Positions 47,101 through 56,007 of a DNA stretch of 64,000 bases are shown piece after piece. A model generated the notes under the pieces. The model made no database searches. It had not been told where the DNA came from and saw only the letters and a list, made by a program, of their open reading frames with translations. The first letter of the stretch is position 1, and every line of letters starts with the position of its first letter. The DNA is from Candidatus Micrarchaeota archaeon (GTDB taxonomy: Archaea > Micrarchaeota > Micrarchaeia > Anstonellales > Bilamarchaeaceae). The stretch covers positions 279 to 64,278 of the forward strand of contig JAFGPA010000024.1 of the NCBI GenBank assembly GCA_016926175.1, written 5' to 3'. A program made the position numbers and the translations under genes.

Positions 47101-47276
47101 TCAACACCCCGACCAAAGGGGGCCGTGCAAATACCGACGGCTACAGGATGAGGCGCGCCAGCATCCAGAAAGGCATTCCATGCATAACAAACATTGCAAC
47201 TGCCTATGAATTGCTGAAGGCGCTGAAAAAACTGGAAAAGATAGAAGTGCGGCCATTTGACAAATATGCCTCATAA
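44166..47276 (+). CDS. carB: Carbamoyl-phosphate synthase large subunit
   Basis: 1036 aa with duplicated ATP-grasp halves ([22 protein letters not shown] and [21 protein letters not shown]) and MGS-like C-domain; 4-nt overlap with carA. Confidence 0.96.
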   Translation: [1036 protein letters not shown]

Positions 47277-47301
47277 CCAGGGAACTTCCCGGAGAATTAC
47301 A

Positions 47302-48447
47302 TCAGGACCAGAGCAGGATGATGGTAGGCAGAATTATCGCTCCCATGAGATTGATCCTTTCCACTCCAAGCAATATTGCCAGGTATCCGGTTCCAGCTGC
47401 AACCAGCAGAATTGCCACGCCTGCCAATCCATTTATTATGAAAGTTATTGCAATAAGGTAAGCTGCCAGGACCGCATTGACTTTTGATAAATCCATTTCT
47501 GCCAGCTTTGCAATCTTCATTCTCAGCAGGTAAATGACCAGAACCGCCAGCGAAAGGCTTATAAGAAACAGAACCAGCAGCATCACAAGATTTTCCTGTA
47601 TTGCAATGTTTTCTGAAAGCCATGCCGTTGCACCAACCCGCGATTTGTTTATGGAGGCCGCAGTTGCCAGTGAGAATATTGCCTGGCTTACTGAAATGCT
47701 GCTTATGGCCGCAAGAAATCCGAAACTGTCCAGGGGCATAATTATCGTAAGGAAAGCCGCTACCTGTGACGGCGATCCGACCCCCGGAATCAGGTCGGCA
47801 AAAAACCCAAGAAACACGCCTATCAGAGAAAATTTCACAAATTCAAATCCTATGGGCTCATCCTTCTGCCTCACTGTTTTTCCATGGCTGTAAAAAATCA
47901 TGGATGCAATTGCAAACATTCCGGAGAACATAGGCAGGAAAGGATCCTTCATTTCGCTGTTCAGGGAGAAATATCCTATTATGCCTGCCATCAGGAAAAC
48001 AATCAGCGACAAATGCGGCTGCCTTCCTCTTGCAAGCAGGACCACTGAAATCAGAGGAAGGATGAATTTCATATGCCCCCTGATCAGATTATGTATCAAA
48101 GGAAACATGTCCAGGGAAAGCCAGAAAAGTGAAATTGAGAATACTGCTGCAATTATGCATGAAAGCAGAATCGTTTTCAGTGCAGAAATCCCATAGCCTT
48201 TCAGCACCATCCTGTGGCCTGGCAAAGTGGCAACAACTGTGCCTGACTCCGGAATGCCAAAGAAAATTGCAGGAATGAAAGATGTGACAAGATTTGCAGG
48301 AAACATTGCAATTATCATAACTGCCAAAGCTGATTCCTCAATCCCGAATGAGGAAAGAGCAGAAATTACAGTATTCGAATGCAATCCGGGAAGAAGCCCG
48401 CTCAAAATTCCAAGTATAAATCCAGCTACAAATTCATCCAATCGCAA
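47302..48447 (-). CDS. Polytopic membrane protein, TctA/DUF112-like transporter family
   Basis: Repeated LPG(L/V)G-type motifs (GLLPGLHSN; ADLIPGVGSPSQ) in ~10 TM protein; 14-nt overlap with upstream TldD gene. Confidence 0.5.
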   Translation of the reverse strand: MRLDEFVAGFILGILSGLLPGLHSNTVISALSSFGIEESALAVMIIAMFPANLVTSFIPAIFFGIPESGTVVATLPGHRMVLKGYGISALKTILLSCIIAAVFSISLFWLSLDMFPLIHNLIRGHMKFILPLISVVLLARGRQPHLSLIVFLMAGIIGYFSLNSEMKDPFLPMFSGMFAIASMIFYSHGKTVRQKDEPIGFEFVKFSLIGVFLGFFADLIPGVGSPSQVAAFLTIIMPLDSFGFLAAISSISVSQAIFSLATAASINKSRVGATAWLSENIAIQENLVMLLVLFLISLSLAVLVIYLLRMKIAKLAEMDLSKVNAVLAAYLIAITFIINGLAGVAILLVAAGTGYLAILLGVERINLMGAIILPTIILLWS

Positions 48448-49717
48448 CGCCCTTTACCTGTATGTGAGGCCCACCATCACTCACAGGTACAGACTGTCCG
48501 AACTTTCCGCAGATTCCGGGGCTTGTCCCGAAATCCTTGCCTACTGCAGTCACGTTTGCCATTGTTTCGAGGATATTGCCGCTTATAACAGCATCCCTCA
48601 TTATTTTTACGCGTTCACCCTTTTTAATTTCCCATGCTTCTTCTGCCTTGAACATGAATCCGCCGGAAAAAGTATCCACGCTTCCACCTTTCATCCCTTT
48701 CAGATAGATGCCGTCAATATCAAAGACATCCTGCAATGAATGATCCCCTTTCTGGAAATAAGTATTGCTCATCCTTACTATAGGCACCTGGTCATAGCTG
48801 TCAGCCCTTGCATGGCCATTTGGCTGCTCCCTGAGATTGCAGGCAGTTTCCAGGGAGTTCATATACCCTTTCAGAATGCCCTTTTCAATCAGTACTGCAG
48901 GCTTTGCCAGCACTCCTTCCTCATCATAAACATAGTGGCCAAAATCCGTTGCAGTCGGATCATCAACAATTGTTACAAGTTCAGTTCCTATCTCCCTGCC
49001 AGTTTTTCCTGCAAGTATGGATTCTCCGTCAACAATGGAATCCGCCTCGCATGCATGGCCGACTGCCTCGTGGCTGAATACTCCGGTCATTTCAGGATCA
49101 AAAACCGTGTCAAACCTTCCTTTTGGAGGCGGCTCTGCTTTAAGAAGCCTCAGCGCCTTTTCCTTTGATTTGTTTGCGACGGCCAGAAGATCAATATCCT
49201 GGAATCCTGACCTGGACCAGGTCCTTTCAGATCCCCGCTGTATTATGCCGTTGGACTTTGCAATTGCAGAGCATGAAAGATAGCCGTATCCAGATTCCTG
49301 TATTATCCGTGCACCATGCGAATTGTAGAATCCGGTTTTCAATGCAATTTCTGTGTAGTTTATGATCTGCGAAGTTATTGCATCCCCTTTCATTTCCCGT
49401 GCCGCTTCAAGCAGCGCCTTTATCTGCCCTTCAGAATCACCATGCTCGAATCTCCCAACAATCTCCTTCCGGTGGCCCGGAGGCTCTATCCTGATTTTTC
49501 CCTTTGAAAGTCTTGCCAGCCTTTGCGCCCTGTCAAGGAGGATGTTCACATCCCCGGTCCCTGATGCAAACCCCCACGATCCGTTTTCAAGAACCCTGGC
49601 GCATCTGCCTTCTGTTTTTCCGGAGCTGTGGCTGACTTCATCGTTTTTTATTGAGGTTATCGATTCGCTGCTTTCCTCGATCCTCACTTCTGCATAATCA
49701 TACTTCGAAAGATCCAT
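48434..49717 (-). CDS. TldD/PmbA-family metalloprotease
   Basis: C-terminal GGSVDTFSGGFMFKAEEAWEIKKGE and overall 427-aa TldD/PmbA architecture. Confidence 0.82.
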   Translation of the reverse strand: MDLSKYDYAEVRIEESSESITSIKNDEVSHSSGKTEGRCARVLENGSWGFASGTGDVNILLDRAQRLARLSKGKIRIEPPGHRKEIVGRFEHGDSEGQIKALLEAAREMKGDAITSQIINYTEIALKTGFYNSHGARIIQESGYGYLSCSAIAKSNGIIQRGSERTWSRSGFQDIDLLAVANKSKEKALRLLKAEPPPKGRFDTVFDPEMTGVFSHEAVGHACEADSIVDGESILAGKTGREIGTELVTIVDDPTATDFGHYVYDEEGVLAKPAVLIEKGILKGYMNSLETACNLREQPNGHARADSYDQVPIVRMSNTYFQKGDHSLQDVFDIDGIYLKGMKGGSVDTFSGGFMFKAEEAWEIKKGERVKIMRDAVISGNILETMANVTAVGKDFGTSPGICGKFGQSVPVSDGGPHIQVKGVAIG

Positions 49718-49843
49718 GTTTCAACCTGTGATTTTTTTCACTGCTTAAAATGTGCAGTTCGTTGGGGTATCAGATCCCTATATTTCCACCTGCACTCCCC
49801 ACTAATTATCCTAAAACAGCAATAAAATCTGCCATGCAAAAGC

Positions 49844-50161
49844 TCAGAGCTGTGCGCCTGCCTGTTCAGCATACTGGAGCACAATCTGCTTTTCATCCCT
49901 GTTTTTTACCAGCCCGCAGAAGACGTGGTTCTTTAAAGGAACCATGACAAGGATCAGCCCGTTGAATGAAACTTCAAGTTCCCTGGGCCGGTCATCCATT
50001 TTCTGGAGGAGAGCGTCCGCCGTATTTGCCACAAGCGAAAACAGGCTGGCATCCGATTCCTTCAGTGCAATGGTTGATGCAACTGGCATTCCATCCGACC
50101 TTACTACTGCCCCCCCAATTCCCTTTTCCTTCATCTCATTCAGAATTTCTTCAACAGACAT
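49844..50161 (-). CDS. Roadblock/LC7 (MglB-like) domain protein
   Basis: 105 aa; GAVVRSDGMPVAS...LVANTADALLQKMD pattern of roadblock fold. Confidence 0.65.
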   Translation of the reverse strand: MSVEEILNEMKEKGIGGAVVRSDGMPVASTIALKESDASLFSLVANTADALLQKMDDRPRELEVSFNGLILVMVPLKNHVFCGLVKNRDEKQIVLQYAEQAGAQL

Positions 50162-50169
50162 AGAATCCC

Positions 50170-50874
50170 CTATATTATGCTTATTCCTCCCGGTCCGATC
50201 CTTATTGGTATTGGCATATCAACATCAGAAATTACAATCTCGAACTTGCCTCCTTTGTCAATAAGGGTGTAGGTATCATCCATCCCATGCTCTATCAGGC
50301 TCAGCAATTGCTTGTCATGAACCCCCTCATCAACAAGGAACAGCGTGGTTGCAGATGCATTCTTCAGCCTTCCGCAGATAACACTGAGAAATTTCTTTAT
50401 GGAATCTCTTGCATTGTACAATACGAATGTGGACAACGTGTCGAAAACTATCCTCATTCTTTTCCCTTCGCTTTGCCTTATTGCCTCATTCAATGCAAGT
50501 GAAATGTCATTCAGTGCGCTGGGGCTGGGCACTATTGTTATCCTGTCAGTGTTCTCAGGCCTGTTGTTGCCCAGGGTGGAACTGTAGCAGTCTATGAAAT
50601 ACACACTGCTCAGGTCGATCCCCATGTTGCCTGCCTTGTTTATTATGTCTGCAGGGGAGGAATTTCCGCACAGTATGTATGAGTTTTCGTCTTTTTCAGC
50701 CGCTGCGGCGAATGCATATGCAAAGGCCGCCTTCTCATTTCCGCTTGGTCCGATAAATATGAAATTCGCCGGGTTGCCGTAGCCTCCCTCCATAATCAGG
50801 TCCAGATCCGGAATCCCAGTCGATAATTTGCTTTTCTTAAGCAGGGGCATTCCTTTTTGCACTTCCAAGTCCAT
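50170..50874 (-). CDS. KaiC/RecA-superfamily ATPase-like protein with degenerate Walker A
   Basis: DLDLIMEGGYGNPANFIFIGPSGNEKAAFAYAF: Walker A reads GPSGNEKA rather than GxxxxGK[ST]; Walker B-like RIVFDTLS retained; 234 aa. Confidence 0.6.
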   Translation of the reverse strand: MDLEVQKGMPLLKKSKLSTGIPDLDLIMEGGYGNPANFIFIGPSGNEKAAFAYAFAAAAEKDENSYILCGNSSPADIINKAGNMGIDLSSVYFIDCYSSTLGNNRPENTDRITIVPSPSALNDISLALNEAIRQSEGKRMRIVFDTLSTFVLYNARDSIKKFLSVICGRLKNASATTLFLVDEGVHDKQLLSLIEHGMDDTYTLIDKGGKFEIVISDVDMPIPIRIGPGGISII

Positions 50875-50925
50875 GTTTGAGAATTAGCTTGTAAGTATTA
50901 AAAAGATAAAGGAAAAAGAAAAATT

Positions 50926-51318
50926 TTAGGCAACTGAGAAGTCACAGCCAGTGCCTCCTGTTCCTCCTCCCAGTATCATTCCAATTATCCAGGGTACCAG
51001 GATATAGATGATTGCAGCGATAACAGCACCGGTGAGCATTGCGGTTGCCCAGACAGAAGCTCTTGCCCTTGTTTCAGCACCCATAATCTGTCCGATTGCA
51101 TATATCGCACCGGCGAGAATAATCATAAGAATGATGCCAGTTCCCAATATCTGAAGGCTCAAGACGCACAATGCACTGAGAGCACTTGTAATTCCCGCTC
51201 CTCCAGTAGCAGCAAACACTACCGGAAGTAAATTCATTACCAATATTACTGCAAGGAAGTATTTTCCAACATCATTCGCCTTTTTCATAACACTAAATAT
51301 GTTCATATAAATGTCCAC
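50926..51318 (-). CDS. Small secreted two-helix membrane protein (VirB2/TrbC-pilin-like topology)
   Basis: Signal peptide, then two long hydrophobic helices separated by short charged loop GQIMGAETRARAS, Gly-rich C-terminus. Confidence 0.35.
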   Translation of the reverse strand: MDIYMNIFSVMKKANDVGKYFLAVILVMNLLPVVFAATGGAGITSALSALCVLSLQILGTGIILMIILAGAIYAIGQIMGAETRARASVWATAMLTGAVIAAIIYILVPWIIGMILGGGTGGTGCDFSVA

Positions 51319-51385
51319 CTTTTTGGTTTGTGTGTTTTCTCTGTCAAATAAACTTTAAAAAGGTTTCTTTAGGTGTTAAGGTAAG

Positions 51386-52801
51386 ATGAAAGTTCCTGCT
51401 TTTGACGATAAGAGAATGATAATACTACTAGCGCTTGTTTATCTTCTAATCCGTTTGCCTCTGCTTAACTACCTTCCTTTCATCAGGGACGAGGCGCTTT
51501 ACGCTGTAATGATCACGGAGCAGATAAATCATCCAACCCTGATACCGACATTTTTTGGTTATCCTGTAAGCTGGAAGCCCCCCCTTTTCTTCTGGACCTA
51601 CTCCATTCTTACCCAAATCTCCCTTCCGGCTGAAGCTGCATTCAGGCTGCCATCATTGCTTTTCGGCCTTTTCACAATCCCCATCCTGTTCAGGATATTC
51701 AGGAATGTTGGCATAAGCAGGAACCTTACTTTCTTTTCCCTGATCATCTTTATGGTTTCCTATGTTTCATCTTATTCAAATGCCGCCCTGCTTCTGGATT
51801 CCGAGCTTTTCTTTTTCATCTCTCTTTCACTGCTTTTCTATACTGAAAAAACCCCGGGAAAATGGAAATTCCTTTTTGCAGGCATTTTTGCAGCACTGGC
51901 ATTCTTCACAAAACTTGCCGTCGCATTTATCATACCGGTTCTTGCAGTTGCATATTATCATGAAAGAAAATCACTGAAAAATCCATGGTTTCTTTTGTCC
52001 CTTTTTTCAATTCCCATCTCAGCACTGATATTATCCAGCATCTTTAGCACTCTCAGCAATGAAATGTACATTGAATATACCCTGGGCCTTCTCTTTTCAT
52101 TCCGGGGTGCGGTTGATCAGCTCCAGTCGCTGACAGGATCCCTCCAGCTTCTTCTTTTCGGCTCCGGCATCTGGTTTGCCCTTTCATTATTCGGATTCTG
52201 GAAGCACTGGAAAGAAAACCTGTTCATGTCTGTCTGGTATCTATTGTCCTTCTTCCCCATACTTGCAGGAAACTACATGCCCTGGTATTATCTTCCGGTG
52301 TTCCCTGCCATAGCATATTTTGCCTCCCTGCTGCTGGTTATGCACAATGGCAAAGAGGCCATTGACAAATTCTTTGCGATAATCTTTTCCATATTCCTGG
52401 TTGCTTCCCTTGCCACAATTGCTTTTCTTTACTACAATCTCAACGAAGAATACACTGCCCAGAAAAATGCAGGTTTGCTTGTTTCGGGAAATGTCCTGAT
52501 AATCGGAGACTATGCCCCGACAATCCTGCCGTATCTTCAGGAAAAGGATTTTGGCTGGATCCTTGCGCACAACCAGGCCACACCGGAACTTATCAGTGAT
52601 TTTGTTGATGATTACCATAGTTGCAAGTATGATGTCACTGACGGCTCATTTTCCCCAATGTTTCACCGGCCTGATGCCATTTACCGCAAGGATACAGGTA
52701 TCTCATCCTTCGACTATCTTATATTAAGCGGAAACCAGACATATGATGCTGAACTGATTTATGATCGCTCCGGCATCCGTGTCTACTCTCTGGAAGATTG
52801 A
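51386..52801 (+). CDS. GT-C fold glycosyltransferase (ArnT/PMT-like, GT39/GT83 family)
   Basis: ~11 TM; first extracytoplasmic loop motif LPFIRDEALYA (DE catalytic dyad position) typical of ArnT/PMT_2. Confidence 0.72.
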   Translation: MKVPAFDDKRMIILLALVYLLIRLPLLNYLPFIRDEALYAVMITEQINHPTLIPTFFGYPVSWKPPLFFWTYSILTQISLPAEAAFRLPSLLFGLFTIPILFRIFRNVGISRNLTFFSLIIFMVSYVSSYSNAALLLDSELFFFISLSLLFYTEKTPGKWKFLFAGIFAALAFFTKLAVAFIIPVLAVAYYHERKSLKNPWFLLSLFSIPISALILSSIFSTLSNEMYIEYTLGLLFSFRGAVDQLQSLTGSLQLLLFGSGIWFALSLFGFWKHWKENLFMSVWYLLSFFPILAGNYMPWYYLPVFPAIAYFASLLLVMHNGKEAIDKFFAIIFSIFLVASLATIAFLYYNLNEEYTAQKNAGLLVSGNVLIIGDYAPTILPYLQEKDFGWILAHNQATPELISDFVDDYHSCKYDVTDGSFSPMFHRPDAIYRKDTGISSFDYLILSGNQTYDAELIYDRSGIRVYSLED

Positions 52802-53500
52802 TATGAAATTCTACCAATGGAACGAAAAGATGTTCAAGAAATACAACAATGCCAGGCTTTACAGGCATCCAAACCCGCTGATCCGCTATACTGAAAACAA
52901 AAGAATCTCAATAATTGCAGGTTCGGTTTCAGGACTTGAAAAAATAGTTGATGTGGGCTGCGGGGAGGGCTATCTCCTGAACAGAATAAATGCAGTCGGG
53001 GTTGACATTTCTGATACTGCACTGAAAAGATGCCCGAAAGACAAAATTCTTGTCAGGGCAAATGCTGAGAACCTTCCTTTTTCAGACGGCTATTTGATGC
53101 CGCAGTATGCACTGAAGTGATAGAACACACTGAAAATCCAAAGAAAGTTGTTTCGGAAATTTCCAGAATTGTGAAACCTGCAGGAAGGATTGTAATTACC
53201 GTGCCCAACGAATCCCTCATCAATAATGTCAAGGACATTGTCTGGAAGCTTGGCCTTTTTGACCTTATTTTCCCCGGCATTCCAAGAAGGCAGAATGACG
53301 AATGGCATCTTCATTCATTCGATCTGAAAATGCTGAAAGACGCCTGCAATTCCCTTGAAATTGAAAAAATTCTTTCTGTCCCTTTTTTCTTTTTGCCAAT
53401 AAGGTATATTGCGATCTGCAAAAACAAAAAGCATGGAAGAATATCCGAAGAAATGTTCTCAAGAAAACCCAGAAAAAAGGAATATCTTGATGATCTTTAA
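52761..53500 (+). pseudogene. Class I SAM-dependent methyltransferase (type 11) disrupted by a 1-nt frameshift in a T-run (~53093-53096); probable real start Met 52803
   Basis: Frame A VDVGCGEGYLLNRI...AENLPFSDGYL then stop; frame B resumes DAAVCTEVIEHTENPKKVVSEISRIVKPAGRIVI, giving the contiguous motif LPFSDGYFDAAVCTEVIEH if one T is added. Confidence 0.65.
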
Positions 53501-53524
53501 ATCCTATCAGATAATCTAATTCCG

Positions 53525-54187
53525 ATGATCACAATTATTCTGCCGGTTCACAACGAGGCAAAAACCCTCAGGGCAAATGTCGGGATGCTGAAAAATTTCC
53601 TTAAAAAGGATTATGAAATAATACTGGCCGAAGATGGCAGTACCGATGGCAGCGCCATAATTGCAAAGCAGATTCCGGGCACCCTGTTGATCACCTCAAA
53701 GGAAAAGCTTGGACGCGGCCTGGCACTGTCCAATGCAATAAAGCAGGCCAAGGGCGAAACAATAGTCTATATGGACGCTGATCTTGCAACAGGGCTTTCC
53801 CATATAAATGATCTGCTGAAATGTGATGCCGATATTGTAACCGGCTCAAGGCTTCTGTCCGGCTCAGTTGTGACATGCCGGAGCATCACCCGTGAATTCT
53901 TCAGCAGGGGCTACAACCTGTTGGTCAGAATTCTATTCAATTCCAAAGTTATGGATCATCAGTGCGGCTTCAAGGCATTCAAAAAATCAGTTCTGCCTTT
54001 GCTGGACGAGATTCAGGATCATCACTGGTTCTGGGACAGCGAACTGCTAATAAGGGCACAAAGGAAAGGCCTTACAATAAAAGAAATACCGGTAAAATGG
54101 ATGGACAGGAAAAACAGCAAAGTCAAACTCCACAATGATATCATCTACATGGGCCTGGCTGCCATCCGGCTCCGCTTCACTATATAG
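53525..54187 (+). CDS. GT2 glycosyltransferase, dolichol-phosphate sugar synthase (DPM1-like)
   Basis: ITIILPVHNEAKTL...ILAEDGSTDGS...YMDADL (DxD) GT-A signatures; 220 aa. Confidence 0.85.
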   Translation: MITIILPVHNEAKTLRANVGMLKNFLKKDYEIILAEDGSTDGSAIIAKQIPGTLLITSKEKLGRGLALSNAIKQAKGETIVYMDADLATGLSHINDLLKCDADIVTGSRLLSGSVVTCRSITREFFSRGYNLLVRILFNSKVMDHQCGFKAFKKSVLPLLDEIQDHHWFWDSELLIRAQRKGLTIKEIPVKWMDRKNSKVKLHNDIIYMGLAAIRLRFTI

Positions 54188-55074
54188 TCAAGCCCCACCT
54201 GGACAAAATACAGGATTATCATACCTGCCATGGCCATCACTGCCGCTTCCAGCGCTCCGAATGAAAGCGGGAACTTTTCATACCCGCTGAAAATAGCATA
54301 GAATGTCAGCGGTATTGTAAGAACAACCCACTTAAGCACCCAGTAGTACAAGGGCCTTTTCCCGATATATTCAAGCTGTTCTATCCTGACATTTCTTATA
54401 AGGTAGTATGCTGCAAGCGAAAAGAATATCGACAATGCCATGAATGACGGGCTTGCAACCATCTTGTAGGGCGGAATTATGGCCAGCAGGGGAATGGCAA
54501 CCAGCAAAGAGGGCAGGATAAGCCTTTCCATCCTGTTTATGTTCCTTGCTGTGATTGCCCCTGCAAGCATCACAGGAAGGTAGAACACCGCGGCCTGATA
54601 GCCACCAAGATAATATAATGAGAAATCCGGAAGCATTGACATGCCCCCCAGGATCAGGTAAAGCGCCATTATCCCTATCGATATGGCCGCCAGCACCCTG
54701 TCAGAATATCCTGTCAAAAACAATGTCGGCACAAACAGCACAACAGACATCATCACCTCATCCATTCCACCTATCTGACCGACAGAAAAAGGGGTGATGA
54801 ATATGGATATGAGAACCAGCTTTCCGAACCTTTCCGCAATATCCAGAAAGTATTCCGTTCTTTTCAGCTTCTTTCTTTTTTTTGCATAGAAAACAAGGGA
54901 CATCCCAGATGCAAACAAAAACATCGGAAGAACGAAATCCCCGGCATGCAGCGATTGTTCAGCATTGTGCAACAGAAAATCCGGAAGCTTATCGCTCAGC
55001 CTTATTGTCAGCGAGAAGAATACCATCAGCACAATGCTCAAGCCGCGAAAAAGATCGATTCCCCTGATTCTCAT
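54145..55074 (-). CDS. Polytopic membrane protein, DUF1624/acyltransferase-3-like
   Basis: N-terminal RIRGIDLFRGLSIVLMVF motif characteristic of DUF1624/HGSNAT-like; ~9 TM. Confidence 0.5.
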   Translation of the reverse strand: MRIRGIDLFRGLSIVLMVFFSLTIRLSDKLPDFLLHNAEQSLHAGDFVLPMFLFASGMSLVFYAKKRKKLKRTEYFLDIAERFGKLVLISIFITPFSVGQIGGMDEVMMSVVLFVPTLFLTGYSDRVLAAISIGIMALYLILGGMSMLPDFSLYYLGGYQAAVFYLPVMLAGAITARNINRMERLILPSLLVAIPLLAIIPPYKMVASPSFMALSIFFSLAAYYLIRNVRIEQLEYIGKRPLYYWVLKWVVLTIPLTFYAIFSGYEKFPLSFGALEAAVMAMAGMIILYFVQVGLDYIVKRSRMAARPM

Positions 55075-55152
55075 TGGTTGAAATTATTGTGGAATGGTTA
55101 TAAATATGACAATTCTATTTTATGCCGAACAGATAAAGGAGCATCAAGGAAA

Positions 55153-55905
55153 ATGAAGATTTTTTTCAACAAAACCGTCCATGAAAATGCAGCCTACTAC
55201 TACGAGCTGGCAAAGAAGACCCGCGAAAAGATCAGGGGACTTCAGGAAGCAATAGAAGAAACCAAAAAAGAAATGAAAAAGGCCGAAAAAATACAAAAAA
55301 AGGAAGTCCGCATCAAGAAGCAGAAGGAATGGTTCGAAAAGTTCCATCATTCCTATACATCCTCGGGCATGCTGATGATAGGCGGGAGGAACGCCCAGCA
55401 GAATGACATGGTGGTTTCTAAGTACATGGAGGACAGTGACCTGTTCTTCCATGCCGACATCCAGGGAGGCTCTGTGGTTGTATTGAAGGGCGGCACCAAT
55501 GCCACAGACAGCGAACTGGAAGAGGCAGCGCAGTTTGCCGCCTCGTTTTCCAAGGCATGGGCAAATGCCAATGCAGGCGTTGATGTCTATGCTGTCAAAA
55601 AAGAGCAGCTGTCAAAAAAAGAGGCAGGGGGATTTGTGCCCACAGGCGCATTCGCAATTCATGGTGAGAGAAAATGGTTCAAAAATACAAGGCTTGCCCT
55701 GAAGATCGGCATCTCTTCTGCAGGCCTTTCACTGTTTCCGGAAAAAACACAGCAAAAACTACAAAAACCCCTTATTCTGGTGCCTGCCAAGACAGGAAAA
55801 GAAAAAGGATCCCTGGCAAAATCGCTTGCAAAGCGCTATTCAGCGCATCCCGATGATTTCCTGGAAATCCTTCCAAACGGAAAATCCAGAACCATTTCAG
55901 AATAA
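55153..55905 (+). CDS. Coiled-coil + NFACT-R (DUF814)-like domain protein (resembles C-terminal half of RqcH/NEMF)
   Basis: Listed ORF 54946..55905 overlaps opposite-strand gene, so first plausible Met taken at 55153. Lys/Glu coiled coil then DLFFHADIQGGSVVVLK core typical of NFACT-R. Confidence 0.45.
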   Translation: MKIFFNKTVHENAAYYYELAKKTREKIRGLQEAIEETKKEMKKAEKIQKKEVRIKKQKEWFEKFHHSYTSSGMLMIGGRNAQQNDMVVSKYMEDSDLFFHADIQGGSVVVLKGGTNATDSELEEAAQFAASFSKAWANANAGVDVYAVKKEQLSKKEAGGFVPTGAFAIHGERKWFKNTRLALKIGISSAGLSLFPEKTQQKLQKPLILVPAKTGKEKGSLAKSLAKRYSAHPDDFLEILPNGKSRTISE

Positions 55906-56007
55906 TTCGTGGGAGTTAATAGCTCTTCGAGAAAGATTAGCATAAAGTTTATATATATTACCTTTGCATTTCTCTCTGAGGAAAATCCTCTCTTAGGTGA
56001 TATAAAA

